Counted from the first letter of the stretch, positions 1 through 11,238 are shown. The stretch: DNA of 64,000 bases from an uncultured Planctomycetota bacterium (GCA_963849325.1 CAWKHF010000012.1:1344001-1408000); one strand, 5' to 3'. Notes: generated by a model from the sequence alone, not told the origin. Translations and numbers: made by a program.

Positions 1-1433
1 CCGCCAGCAGCAGTTCCAGCAGTTGCCTCTCCTCGGGGGCCGCCCGCGCCGTGCGCGGCCCCGCCTCCTCGGGCGGGGACTTGCTCGTCCGAGCCGCCCT
101 CGCGGCCGCGGCCGCGCTTGCGCGTCCGCAGTTCTTCCAGACGTGCCCATACGGTCTCCTCCTTGAGTGCCAAACGACGGGCAATCCGGCTCACCATGAG
201 CTGCGCCTTGACGGCGCCGGTCTGTCCGGGCAGCGGCGGCGCCAGGGCGATGATGCCGAGCACCGCGTCCACGGCCCGACGCGCTTCCTCGACACTCGGC
301 GGGCCGCCGCGCGGCAGCACCTGATTGAGCTTGAACTCCAGGGCGTCCACCGCCTCGTCGAGCACCTGGCGGAAGGCGTCGGCCCCTTGCCGCACCAGCA
401 GGTCGCACGGGTCCAGTCCCTCCGGCAGCGTGGCGATGGCCAGATCGACATCCTGGCCGGCGAAGATCTCCAGGGCGCGATCGACGCCGTTGTCGCCGCC
501 GGCGTCGGCGTCGAAGACCAGCACCACGCGCGGCGCGAAGCGCCGAATCTGCCGCACATGCCGCTCGTTCAGGGCCGTGCCCATCGTCGCCACCACCTGC
601 CCGACGCCCATCTGGTGCGCCATCAGCACGTCGGTGTAGCCCTCCACGACGGCCAGGTAGCCGGCCTTGCCGGCCGCCTGCCGTGCGTGGTCCAGCCCGT
701 AAAGTTGCTCGCTCTTGTTAAAGAGCGGGGTCGTTGTGGAGTTATAATACTTCGGCCCTCGGGACGATAGAGGAGATGTGGGCAGGATGCGCCCGCCGAA
801 GCCGACCGTCTGTCCGCGCGTGTCGCGGATGGGGAACTGAACGCGGTCGCGGAAGCGATCGTAATAGCCGGCCCGCTCGTTTCGCGGCGCGATCAGTCCC
901 ACTTGTTCGAGCACCTCCAGGGCCACGCTCGCCGCCTCCGCTCGCTGCACCAGCCAATCGCCGACCCGAGGGGCGTAGCCCAGGCCGTAGCGCCGCACCG
1001 TCTCTCCCGTCAGGCCGCGCGAGCCGACGTAGCGCCGCGCCTCCTCCGCCAACGGCGAATCCAGCAGGCACTCGTGGAACTGCTGCGCCGCCCAGCGGAT
1101 CACGTCAAGCATGACGGCGCGGCCCTGGTTCTGCACGGAATTCGCACTTTTTTCCAGGGTGATCCCCGCGCGGCGGGCCAGAAGTTCGAGCGCTTCGGCA
1201 AAGCCGACGTGCTCGAATTCTTGAACAAAGGTGAAGACGTCGCCGTATTTATTACAGGACCAGCAGCGATAGTTCTGCCATTGCGGGTCCACGTCGAAGG
1301 AGGGTCGGTGATCGTCGTGGAAGGGACAAAGACCCTTGAACTTGCCGCCCGCGGGGCGCAGCTCGATATAGCCGGCGATCACCTGGACGATGTCGTTGGC
1401 CTCTTTGACCTGCTTGACCTGATCGTCTGCCAA
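1..1433 (-). CDS. dnaG: DNA primase (3' end runs off the window)
   Basis: Manual translation from TTG at 1433: ...GLCPFHDDHRPSF...YRCWSC (CHC2 zinc finger) and, in the same frame, YLAVVEGYTDVL (TOPRIM). Absent from the ORF track because no stop lies in the window. Confidence 0.95.
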   Translation of the reverse strand, partial: MADDQVKQVKEANDIVQVIAGYIELRPAGGKFKGLCPFHDDHRPSFDVDPQWQNYRCWSCNKYGDVFTFVQEFEHVGFAEALELLARRAGITLEKSANSVQNQGRAVMLDVIRWAAQQFHECLLDSPLAEEARRYVGSRGLTGETVRRYGLGYAPRVGDWLVQRAEAASVALEVLEQVGLIAPRNERAGYYDRFRDRVQFPIRDTRGQTVGFGGRILPTSPLSSRGPKYYNSTTTPLFNKSEQLYGLDHARQAAGKAGYLAVVEGYTDVLMAHQMGVGQVVATMGTALNERHVRQIRRFAPRVVLVFDADAGGDNGVDRALEIFAGQDVDLAIATLPEGLDPCDLLVRQGADAFRQVLDEAVDALEFKLNQVLPRGGPPSVEEARRAVDAVLGIIALAPPLPGQTGAVKAQLMVSRIARRLALKEETVWARLEELRTRKRGRGREGGSDEQVPARGGGAAHGAGGPRGEATAGTAAG

Positions 1434-2018
1434 GGGCCACCCGTCCCGGAGCCAGCCATGAAATCCGATTGAGCGGACGACCCTGGCCCGTCATCCGTCC
1501 CGAATCCGGATCAACACCTTTGTCTGCCAAGGCAGGATCTATCAGCGGCGGGGTCCACGGCCGAGAGGATGGAGAAGAGAAGGAAAGCAACGCATGGCCA
1601 TTCCCGGATTGAAGGATGTTGACCGGGAGCCGCCCCCTGCGCCCGTTCCTCCCTCGACTGATCCTCCCCAACCGGCCGGGCCGGCTGGCGCTTGGCCATG
1701 TCCGGCATTCCTTTGCCGCCACGCTCGGCACGACCGACATCCCGTCGATCGCGTTGGCTCGTCCCGTTGTTTTGCGCAAGGGCAAACACCACGAGTCGAT
1801 CGAGCCCCCTGCTTCTCCGAGCGTTGTGGAATTATAGCTGGATGGTCCAAACCCGTCAAGCTGGGCAAGGCCCGCCGCCTGTCCCGTTCTCTCGCTTTAT
1901 CTCGTTGCTTCCGTACCAGTTAATAACACCGCCATGCCGTAAGGGTTTCGTCCGGCCCAATTCGGCGTACCGGCACAACAGGTAAAAGCGCCCGCGTTTG
2001 TCCGGTTCGTCCCTGCAT

Positions 2019-2092
2019 TCCCGTTTAGCCGCGACTGCGCAGCGGAGCGCGGGAGACTCCCGCGCTCCGCTGCGCGTCGCGGCTAAACGGGA
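2019..2092. repeat. REP-like palindrome, family C (cgtttagccgcgacgcgcagcggagcgcggg)
   Basis: Long near-perfect inverted repeat; second copy at 14578-14646. Confidence 0.9.
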
Positions 2093-2209
2093 GTAGTTCC
2101 TCGACCGCGCCCGAGTGAATCGAATGTTTGCGTTGAACTGACGACGGCGGTCGTGCCGAAAAGAAGGAGGTCCGTCTGAACGGTGAATCCGGCACGAAAG
2201 GAGACAGGG

Positions 2210-4150
2210 ATGACTCAGACACACTCCGCGAGTCCTCGCGGGAGGGGGTCTTTGACGCGCGGGAGAGCGACGGCGCTGGGCTGGCTGACGAGCTGTCTGG
2301 TTCTGGGGGCGATGGCGGCCCCGGCGTCGGCGGCGCCGCCGACGGTGACGGCGATGCTGAGCTTCCATCCGCGCCAGGAGGGCGTCGTCTGCACCACGCC
2401 CGCGTCCGACAAGCAGACCGGCTGCAAGGTCGAGCTGGTCAAGTCCGGCCGCGGCAGCGGCTGGGTACTCAAGGACGACGAGGGCAGCCTCCTTCGCCGC
2501 TTCTTCGACAGCAACGGCGACAATCGGATCGACGTTTGGGCCTACTACAAGGACGGCGTCGAAGTTTACACCGAGATCGACACGACCTTCACCGGCAAGC
2601 CCGATCAGTATCGCTGGCTCAACGCCGGCGGCTCCAAGTGGGGTCTCGATGAAAACAAGGACGGCCGTATCGACTCCTGGAAGGTCATCTCTCCCGAGGA
2701 GGTCAGTCAGGAAGTCCTGCAAGCGCTGATCGCCAAGGACTTCATGCGCATGCAGCCGCTGATGCTGACCGAGGCGGAGCTGAAGGCGTTGGATCTGCCG
2801 GCCGAGCAGGCCAGCCGCATCCGCGAACAGCTCAAGGCCGCTTCCGAGAAGTTCCAGGAGACGGTCGGCAAGCTGACCAAGCTCAGCGCCAAGGCGACGT
2901 GGATCCACCTGGAGACGGTGGCGCCGCAGTGCGTGGCGGCGGATGGCGCCGGCGGCCGGGCCGACGTCCTCAAGCACGCGCGTGGCACCCTGCTGTACGA
3001 CAGCGGCAGCGGCAGCGATTGGATTCAGACCGGCGAGATGTACCAGGTCGGCGGCGCCTGGCGCCTTGTCAGCGCTCCCGTCCCCGGCGCCTCCGCTCCC
3101 GACTCGCCCTCGGGCAAGGGCAGCACCATCAGCGACCTCGATCAGAACCCCGAATTGCAGAAAATGATCTCCGATCTGACGGAGTTGGACAAGCAAGTCC
3201 CAGCGGCCGGCACCGGCGTCAACGCGGCGCTGGCCCAGCACCATCTGAAGAGGGCGAACATCCTGGAGCGCATCGTCGCCAAGGTCAAGCCGACCGAGCG
3301 CGATCCGTGGATTCGCCAGGTGGCCGACAGCCTGAGCACTGCCGCTCAGTCCAGCGAGTACAAGGACGCGGCCGCCATGGATCGGCTGCTCAACCTGGAG
3401 AAGCAGCTGGCCACCGCCCTGCCGGCCGGCCATTCGCTGACGGCCTACGTCACCTACCGCGAGATGCAGGCCGACTATTCGCGCCGCCTGCCGCCCAACG
3501 GCCCGGAGAAGGACTTCAACAAGGTGCAGCAAGCGTGGCTGACGCGACTGGGCAAGTTCGTGCAGGACTTCCCGCGCGGCGAAGACACGCCCGACGCCCT
3601 GTTGCAGGCCGGCATGGTCAGCGAGTTCCTCAACAAGGAAGTCGAGGCCAAGAACTGGTACGGCCAGCTGGTGCGCAACTTCAACGACAAGCCGCAGGCA
3701 CGCAAGGCGGAAGGCTCGGTTCGCCGCATCGACCTGGAGGGCCAGGTGCTCAAGCTGGCCGGGCCGATGATGAACGACCCGAACATCGCCTTCGACGTCG
3801 ATCAGATGCGCGGCAAGGTCGTGGTCGTGTATTACTGGGCCAGCTGGAACAACCAGTGTACCGGCGACTTCGCCAAGCTCAAGCAGATGCTCGACAGCCA
3901 CACCGGCAAGCTCGACCTGGTGTGCGTCAACCTCGATAACACGCTCGACGAGGCGCGCAAGTACCTGGGCACCTCGCCGGCGCCGGGCACGCACCTGCAC
4001 CAGGACGGCGGCCTGGAAGGCAAGTTGGCCACCGACTACGGCATTCAGGTTCTGCCGACGATCTTCGTCGTCGGCAAGGATGGCAAGGTCGTCAGCCGCA
4101 ATGGCCAAATCGCCAACCTGGAGGACGAGGTCAAGAAGCTAGTGAAGTGA
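2210..4150 (+). CDS. Secreted protein with helical/TPR-like region and C-terminal TlpA/thioredoxin-like domain
   Basis: Signal-peptide-like N-terminus; DSNGDNRID/DENKDGRID motifs; C-terminal GKVVVVYYWASWNNQC...YGIQVLPTIFVVGKDGKV thioredoxin-like fold. Start uncertain (2183 or 2210). Confidence 0.8.
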   Translation: MTQTHSASPRGRGSLTRGRATALGWLTSCLVLGAMAAPASAAPPTVTAMLSFHPRQEGVVCTTPASDKQTGCKVELVKSGRGSGWVLKDDEGSLLRRFFDSNGDNRIDVWAYYKDGVEVYTEIDTTFTGKPDQYRWLNAGGSKWGLDENKDGRIDSWKVISPEEVSQEVLQALIAKDFMRMQPLMLTEAELKALDLPAEQASRIREQLKAASEKFQETVGKLTKLSAKATWIHLETVAPQCVAADGAGGRADVLKHARGTLLYDSGSGSDWIQTGEMYQVGGAWRLVSAPVPGASAPDSPSGKGSTISDLDQNPELQKMISDLTELDKQVPAAGTGVNAALAQHHLKRANILERIVAKVKPTERDPWIRQVADSLSTAAQSSEYKDAAAMDRLLNLEKQLATALPAGHSLTAYVTYREMQADYSRRLPPNGPEKDFNKVQQAWLTRLGKFVQDFPRGEDTPDALLQAGMVSEFLNKEVEAKNWYGQLVRNFNDKPQARKAEGSVRRIDLEGQVLKLAGPMMNDPNIAFDVDQMRGKVVVVYYWASWNNQCTGDFAKLKQMLDSHTGKLDLVCVNLDNTLDEARKYLGTSPAPGTHLHQDGGLEGKLATDYGIQVLPTIFVVGKDGKVVSRNGQIANLEDEVKKLVK

Positions 4151-4169
4151 CACGCCGGCGTCCCACCGC

Positions 4170-4212
4170 GCCGCTTGCGGCTTGGCACCGGCTAAGCCGC
4201 AAGCGGCTTTTT
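4170..4212 (+). terminator. REP-like hairpin (family D, gccgcttgcggctt) followed by a T-run; probable terminator between convergent genes
   Basis: gccgcttgcggctt...aagccgcaagcggc then ttttt. Confidence 0.65.
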
Positions 4213-4215
4213 CGT

Positions 4216-6479
4216 TCAGGGCAATCGCTTTAGTGCGGCCTGTGCTTCGCGCGTCTGCCGGGATTCCCTCCATCCCTTGGCCAATTCTTGCAGGATCTTC
4301 CGCGCCTCCACGGAACCGATCTGCTCCAACAGCTGAATGGCTCGCAACGAACGTAAGTCGTCAGGGGAAGGGCAACGTTGTCCAAGGTCTTCGAGAATCT
4401 GCTCGATGCGTTTGCGAGTCTCCAGCGATACCTTGCCGCCTTGCGCCTGGCGCAGTCTCCTTTCAGCGGGTTCGCCCGCCGCCCGCAAGGCTTTGGAAGC
4501 ATTCTCTCGTCGGGTGAACTCGCCGCTATCAAGATCGGCGATCCATTGATCGAATGGAAATTCCCGAACCGGCGTCGGCCGCAGGTGCGTTTTCAGAAGC
4601 GTTGTGGCCTTCGGCGGATCACGAAGCAATATCGCCAAGGCGTGGTAAGCGGTCTTCGCCTTGCCCGCAGCGAGATCGGCCCATAGTTTGGCCTCTTCCG
4701 TTTCGCCGGGCACTTCCTATTTGGTACGAGCAGACGGTGCGCCGGGATGTCCCACAGATAGATCGCGCCGTCCTGTTTTCCCACAGCGAGCTTGCGTCCC
4801 TCCGCGGAAAGAAGCACTTTGCACACACCCTTTTGGGGTAGGAGACACGTCAGCACTTCCTGGCCGCTGTCCACTTCCCAAAGATGGAGGCTGTTGCCCG
4901 CCGCCGTCAACAGCAAGAAGCCATCGCGGGTGAAGGCGGCGGTTTCGGCCTTTTCGAGAACACGCATCAAACGCCGCCCACTCTCGCGATCCCAGACAAG
5001 GACGTGATATTCGGGATAGGAGCGGTACGTGGTTGGAGAACGCTCCGTCACCTGGTGAAAGCCATAGCCAACGAATCGCTTGCCATCCGTGGAAAAACGG
5101 ACGGAAGAAACACCGTCCTCCAATGTCCGCGCGAGGCGTCCGGTAGCGACATCCCAGATCCGCACGCGATGCGTGTTCTCCAGAAAGGCCCTGCCATTGT
5201 CAGCCAGGGCATTCCCGCTGGAGAGCAGAAGTTTGTCGTCGGGGGAGAAGGCGAAGGAAGACTCGTAAATTCGTTGAGGCGACACGAGGGACCGCCCTTG
5301 TCCGCCGGTTGTCTCCCCGAGGCGGTTGATTCCGTCATTCCCTCCGATGACGAGTGTTCGTCCGTCGGCGGAGAAAGCGGCGCAATGCACGCCCGTTCCC
5401 TCCTCGTCTAGTCGGCGCAGGCGCTCCCCGGATCGCAAATCCCACAGGCCCCAGTCAATCTCCGGGGCCGCGAAGGCCATGAACTTCCCTGCCGGATCGA
5501 CAGCGAGCGCCCATTGAGGACCGTGATCGTGCATGGCGAGCTGGAAATTCCAAGGAGTGCGGCGTGGCGGGATGATCTTGTGCAAGCGCTCGCCGGTTTT
5601 GACGTTCCAGGAAATCGGCTTGGCCGCGAGGCTGACCGTCACCAACGTGGCGCTATCCGCCGCGAAAGCCATCTCCCGAACGGGTAGCTCATGGTCCATT
5701 AAACGCAACGGAACCGAGAGAGCGATCCTGTCTTGCGAGGGTGGCGCGAGCGTGACCGATGCATCCTGACTCCAGAAGCCATCCTGAAACGCCGTCTCCC
5801 AGCCGTGCAGAGTGCGCAGCTGCTCCATCTCCTCAACCGCGAACTCCTGATAAAAGCTCGGATACTTGTGCCACACCTGCCCCGGATAAGCCGCCAGACT
5901 TCGGACTTGACTGGCGAGTTGGAACGCGAAGTCACCCTTGGCATCGGTGGCCGTCTGAGCCAGCACCTTCCCGTTTAGTGCGTAGGCGAGCACCTTGATC
6001 CCCGAACGGGTCTCCCCCTTGGCGTTGCGCACCGTGCCCTTCAATGTGTAAGGCCGCAAGGGAGCCAAGGCGATCTCTTCAAATATCTCCGTTCGAGTAG
6101 ATCCGTTGGATCGGCGGGGAAGTGCGGCACCCATTTCTGCGTAGATGTGAATATCGCCGCCCGTCTGCCTGTCGATGTCACCACCTTTCTTGACGACGAA
6201 CGCCCAGGTTCCGCCTACGCTGGAAACCATCGCCCCCGGCTCAAGGAAGCACGTCCCTTCGCCTCCGACCAGTTGAACATGCGCTCCATTGCGGAGCACG
6301 AGTTCTCCACGGAAACCAACTTCTCGAGTTTGCTTATCGAGAACCTTCGCCGAGGCGGACCAGCAGAACAGGGTCTTTTTTCGCGCCGCTGGCTCCTGCT
6401 CGGCTGCCCTCGCCGAGGTGGCGAGCAATCCCACGAGGATCTCCAGGCCCAGCATGAGCAAGAAATCTCGTCTTCGCAT
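4216..6479 (-). CDS. Probable Tat-exported WD40-repeat protein with carboxypeptidase-regulatory-like domain and C-terminal helical domain (frameshift near 4710)
   Basis: MRRRDFLL Tat-like signal; LKGTVRNAKG...TATDAKGDFAF; WD40 repeats (AFSADGRTL, RIWDVATG); ORFs 4593-6479 and 4216-4713 join. Confidence 0.8.
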
Positions 6480-6507
6480 GGGTGAACTCCTGTCGAACCG
6501 GCCTCGT

Positions 6508-6717
6508 TCAGCGCATCAACCATTCCACGACCATCACATCCGCCATCTTCTCGGATGACCCCTGAAGCTTCTCCATCGCTCCCGCCGCCTCATACACGGA
6601 CTTCAGCCAGCGGCCCGAGCCGGTGCCCTGATGGTTGTGGACATACAGTTCGGAGGGCACCGCCAGCGCCGGCAGCCCGTCGTACTTGAGTCCGCCCGGC
6701 AGCATCATCTCGTCGGC
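6508..6717 (-). pseudogene. Displaced, diverged copy of the 3' end of the hydrolase gene at 7944-10067
   Basis: [36 protein letters not shown]... vs [39 protein letters not shown]... Confidence 0.9.
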
Positions 6718-6791
6718 GGAGAGGAGCAGCCATCCGTGGATGGTTGTTCTCTGCTATCGCAGGTCTCGAATGTCCGCGATAGGCATGGTTG

Positions 6792-7841
6792 TCAGAGTGT
6801 GCCGGAGCGCGAAACGTGAATGCGGCCGGAAGGGCCTTCCCCGATTGTACCGATCACTGCCGCTTGGGACACGCCGGCTTCCTTCAGAGCGGACAGCAGC
6901 CTCTCGGCCCGCTCCGGAGCGACAGCGGCCAACAGACCGCCCGAAGTCTGGGCGTCACACAGGACCAGTTGCTCCTCCTTGCTCAGGTCCGCGTCAAAGC
7001 TCACCCACTCCATCAGGAAACGATGGTTGGCGTGTGTGCCGCCCGGTGCGATCCCCGCGCGCACGTACTCCCAGGCCGCCGGCAGGACCGGGACGCGATC
7101 CAAATTCACTCGGGCCGTCACCTTGCTGGCCGCGGTCATGTTGCGTAGGTGGCCCAGCAGCCCGAAGCCAGTCACGTCCGTCAAAGCGTGGACCCCGCCA
7201 ACGCTCGTGATGGACTCGGCGGCCACTCGGTTGAGGGTCGTCATGACCTGGATGGCCGATCCGATGGCGCTGAGCGTGTCGGCGTTGTTCTTGGCGGCGG
7301 TGGTGATGATGCCCAGCCCGAGCGGCTTGGTCAGGATCAGTACGTCTCCCGGCCTGGCCCGGTCGTTGGGAAGCACCCGATTCGGCGCCACCGTCCCGAC
7401 CACGGCCAAACCGAAGATCGGCTCGTCGGACTTGATCGTGTGGCCGCCCACGATGGCGATGCCGGCCTCCGCCGCCTTGTCGGCAGCGCCGCGCAGGATG
7501 GTGACGAGCACCTCCGGCGGAAGGTTGGCGTCGGGGAAGCCCACGATGCTCAGCGCCGTGAGCGGCTTGCCTCCCATCGCGTACACGTCGCTCAGCGCGT
7601 TGGCCGCCGCCACGGCGCCGAAGTCATACGGTTCGTCCACGATGGGGGTGAAGAAATCGGTGGTGAGCACCAGCGCCAATTCCTCGCTCAGCTTGTAGAT
7701 GGCGGCGTCGTCCGCCGTGGCGCTGCCGACCAACACGTTGGGGTCGGTGATGGCGGGAAGGGTCTGGAGAAGGGGTAGGAGATAACCGGGGGGCTGCTTG
7801 GCGGCGCATCCGGCTCGCTTGGCCATCTGAGTCAGGCGCAT
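6792..7841 (-). CDS. selD: Selenide, water dikinase (selenophosphate synthetase), Cys form
   Basis: RLTQMAKRAGCAAK, DDAAIY, TTDFFTPIVD, ANALSDVYAMGG, GGHTI, DVTGFGLLGHL, DAQTSGGLL motifs. Confidence 0.96.
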   Translation of the reverse strand: MRLTQMAKRAGCAAKQPPGYLLPLLQTLPAITDPNVLVGSATADDAAIYKLSEELALVLTTDFFTPIVDEPYDFGAVAAANALSDVYAMGGKPLTALSIVGFPDANLPPEVLVTILRGAADKAAEAGIAIVGGHTIKSDEPIFGLAVVGTVAPNRVLPNDRARPGDVLILTKPLGLGIITTAAKNNADTLSAIGSAIQVMTTLNRVAAESITSVGGVHALTDVTGFGLLGHLRNMTAASKVTARVNLDRVPVLPAAWEYVRAGIAPGGTHANHRFLMEWVSFDADLSKEEQLVLCDAQTSGGLLAAVAPERAERLLSALKEAGVSQAAVIGTIGEGPSGRIHVSRSGTL

Positions 7842-7866
7842 GTCATTGCTCCTCGGTTTGCCGATC

Positions 7867-7919
7867 AGCCCGGAGCGCTAGCGACGGGCATCCGCAACCC
7901 GTCGCTCGTGCTCCGAACT
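7867..7919. repeat. REP-like palindrome, family A (agcccggagcg.agcgacggg), degenerate right arm
   Basis: Matches copies at 34155-34213 and 61271-61320. Confidence 0.8.
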
Positions 7920-7943
7920 TGTGGCTCATTCCGTTCGTATCTC

Positions 7944-10067
7944 CTAACGCAGCAACCATTCCGCGACTTTCTCATCCATGATCTTTTCGGATGATCTTTG
8001 AAGCTTATCCATCGCCCCGGCAGTTTGGTATACGGCCTTGAGCCACTTGCCGGAGCCTGTGCCCTGATGGTTGTGGACGTACAATTCGGACGGCGCGGCC
8101 AGCGCCGCCAGCGCCGGTAGTCCGCCGTACTTGAGTCCGCCCGGCAGCATCATCTCGTCGGTCGTCGTCCGCACCTTGTCGAAGCGGAAGCCGTCGAAGT
8201 CCGCCGCCGTCCGCGCCACGGTGTCGCCGCACAGGCCGCGCGCCAGCAGCACCCACGGACCCGCCTTCTCGAAGCCGACCAGATGCACCGTCTTCGTCTT
8301 CTCGTGGCCCTTGGCGAAGGCCACTGCCGTCAGGATGTCGTGGACGCGCTGGGCCAGCAGCGTGCGGTTGTAGCCGAAGGTGAAACCGGCGTATTTCGCA
8401 TCGACGGCGAAGGGCTTGTCCAGCGACAACTCGCCGGTGCCGAACACGTCCACGGCGAGGATGGCCGCCTTGCGGTCGAGTATTTGCTTCGCCGCCGGCA
8501 CCAGCTTGCCCTCGCGGTACAGGCTGGCCTTGCCCTGCGGATGAATCCACACGACGACCGTGCCGTCGAAGTCCATCGGCAGCAGGCCGATGGCCGGGAC
8601 GCGCTCGTTCTGCCCCTTGCGCGTCAGGAAGAAGCGGCGCGAGCAGATACCATCGTGCTTCTCCATCTCGCCCATGCGCACTTCCTCGACCTGCTCGGCG
8701 GGCGGCAGCTGGTCGGCCATCATCACCCGCAGGGCCGTGCCGAAGACGCGGCGATACTCGGCCAGGCCCGCCGCATCCTTGGGCCGCAGCGCCTCGATTT
8801 GCTTGTCGGATTCCTCCGTCATGTATTGCCGCAGCCGCTCGACGCCGACGCTGTCGGCCGGCCGCGGATGTGCCTCGTCGTAGACGCACAGCTCCTTCGG
8901 CGGCACCGGCTGGAACGGCTTCTCGACGACCGGCTCGGGTTGGCCCAATTGCAGATGCTTATTGAACCAGTTGTACATGACTTCGCGGCTGACCTGGTTG
9001 TAATTGTGCCGAACTGCGGGAAACAGCTGGGCCAGGACGCGGTCCTCGGCGCCGTAGAGCTTGTACAGCGCCTTCAGCTCCGGCAGGCCCTTGCGTCTCG
9101 ATGTCGATGGTCCAGTCGTCGGCCCCGGTCATGCCCAGCGGCTTCGGCGCGAACAGGCCGGCCAGCTCGATGTTGCCGGTGCCGACGCGCAGATACGAGC
9201 AGTTCTCGCAGACGCAGCCGCCCTGCATGGCCGTGGACACCATGACGGCGGGGAAGGCGACGGCCGGCCGGTCGTCGACGGCGCCGAGGAGGAACGTCTG
9301 CGTGCCGCCGCCGCTGGCGCCGGTGACGCCGATGCGGCGCGGCGTCCACGTCCGGCAGACTCAGCAGGAAATCGAGGGCGCGGATGCTGTTCCAGGTTTG
9401 CAGGCCCATGAAGCTTTGCAGGCGCAGCTCGGCCTCGGCGTCGGTGAAGCCTTTGCGATGCTCGATAGCCGTGCTGTCGGCGTAGCCGACCATGTCGTAG
9501 TGGAAGACGACGCAGCCCATGCGGGCCAGCTGAGCGCAGCGCGCTTGCAGCGGATAACTGCGCTCCCTCCGGCGTCTTCTCGGCGCCCTGCTTGATCTGC
9601 TCGGCGACGACCTTGTCGTTGGCCTCGAAGAAGCGGCCGTTGGCCCAGTGGCCGTGCGGACAGAGCACGCCAGGCAGTTTGCCCGTCTTGCCCTTGGGCC
9701 GATACAGGTTGCCGCTGACGTAATGGCCGGGATAGCTGGCGAAGAAGACCTTCTCGATGGTGTAGTCGTCGCGGTCGATCTTGCCGTGGATGACGGGATG
9801 CAGCGGCGTCTTGTCCGGCAGCGGCCACAGGCCGTTGGCGACGAGTACCTGTTCGCGGACGGCCTGGCGACGCGCCTCCCACGCTTCTTTCGTGGCCGGG
9901 ACGCGCAGGAAAAAATCCTTGTCGTTGAGCGTTCGGACCTTGCCGAGCCGGCTATCGGCCGGTTTCTCCCCGGACGGCAGGACGCGAGTCGGGTCCGAGT
10001 CGGCCGAACGCGCCGGCAGGATCGTGAGAGCGAGCAACAAGGGCGGCAGGCAGAGCAGACGCTTCAT
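7944..10067 (-). CDS. Secreted alpha/beta hydrolase (acetylxylan esterase-like), several frameshifts
   Basis: Signal peptide [41 protein letters not shown], GxSGGGTQT nucleophile elbow, MQGGCVCEN; split over 4 ORFs. Confidence 0.85.
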
Positions 10068-10172
10068 GGGAGGAGTCCTCGCAGGGCGGGTCCGAAGTTC
10101 CGGCGATGGACCGAGCGTAAACGCTCGGAAGGCCGCCGTCAACCGCCTGCCCGCGCCGCCCGCTTGCCCTGT

Positions 10173-10206
10173 TCACGCTCACGCCGTCGGTTCCAGCAGG
10201 CGATCC
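10173..10206 (-). repeat. Direct-repeat copy of the last 34 bp of the DUF1802 gene (12961-12994)
   Basis: 31/34 identical by manual alignment; reads DRLLEPTA*. Confidence 0.85.
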
Positions 10207-10261
10207 GCGCCCACCTGGAGCCGCTTTCCTCTCTTTGGTAGGGTCTGTCAAGGGTCAAGGG

Positions 10262-11107
10262 TTAAGCAATCTGCTTCCAAGTCGTGAGGCTGACTGTATT
10301 ATCACCACGGGTACAGAACCAGAGCTGGCATTCGCCTTCAGGACCAACGGTCGCGAGCAGATCCCCTTGTTGGCCCGGAATCCTACCCTGGGGGGTGGGG
10401 ATTTCGAGTGGAATGAGCCGGAGTTGCGCAGCTTCCCGGACTCGAATTCTCCCCCGTAACTTTCACCTGACGAGCCGAAAATTGCAGAAGCCGTATTCGA
10501 GGAACCCTCAACACCGTGGTTAGACGCCGTGGTCCCAAAAACTCCTACTCCATTAATAGAATTTCCATAGACACCGATACCGCCAACCGAGCTGCCCTGG
10601 ACCCCCGTGGAGGACTGGGAGTCGCCAGACACACCGATAGAGGCGTTGGAGGTGCCAGAGACACCGAATCCATTGTCACTGGTGCCAGACACACCGATTC
10701 CACTGTCGCTTTCGCCCAACACGCCGGAGCCTGCAGCGGCCCGTCCCACGACGCCAGCCGGGCCACTGTTCGTCGGAGTGGTCCCTTCCGCGATGCCCAT
10801 GACTCCCGATCCCCCAGCCACGCCGCCAATTCCCACAACTCCTGCTCCTTTCCCGTTCGTTGCGCTCGGGATTACCGGCGTTCCCGTGCCGCCGGCCGCG
10901 CCGCCAATCCCCAGAACGCCCCTTCCCGTCCCTCCGGCCCAACCCCAGAACGCCGTCAAAATCCCCACTCACATTCCCGCCGACCTTCACTTGTAAAATG
11001 ACGCCCCCCTGGAAGTGCGGCAGTTGGCCCGTGAAATCGTGGTTAGTGGCAATCAGTTCGGTCTGGGTGTCCGACGTGTTCTGATCTCCGAGAGATAAAT
11101 CAGACAT
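10262..11107 (-). CDS. Gly-rich GVxGxS-repeat protein (fibre/surface-like), two frameshifts
   Basis: MSDLSLGDQNTSDTQTEL..., ~10-aa repeats GVSGTSDNGF/GVYGNSINGV, and an alternative-frame C-terminus AQLRLIP...GQQGDLL...LWFCTRG...WKQIA*. Confidence 0.7.
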
Positions 11108-11238
11108 TGTTTGTCCTTTTTGTATTACATACACGGAATGGGTAAATTTGTTATTCGAGCGTGCCGGCATCGAACCAGAGCCAATAGAGCAACGCATTGG
11201 CGCGCTGTCAAGCAGAATCCAGGCACGAAAGGGAAAGA

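Noticed and set aside
1770-1830. c-di-GMP-I riboswitch (gggcaaac seed)
   Set aside because: Lacks the GNRA stem and the GGGACGCAAAGC-like continuation.
1460-2018. Short ORFs or an ncRNA upstream of dnaG
   Set aside because: Several overlapping ORFs with no family motif and no structure I can support; needs an Rfam/RNA-seq check.
1856-4108. Long antisense ORFs (also 16732-19038, 30570-32330, 44411-45724, 57700-59031, 60181-61335 and others)
   Set aside because: Shadows of real genes, expected in high-GC DNA; no recognisable motifs.
7790-7841. Selenocysteine-containing SelD or neighbouring selenoproteins
   Set aside because: The active-site codon is TGC (Cys); no convincing in-frame TGA read-through seen nearby.
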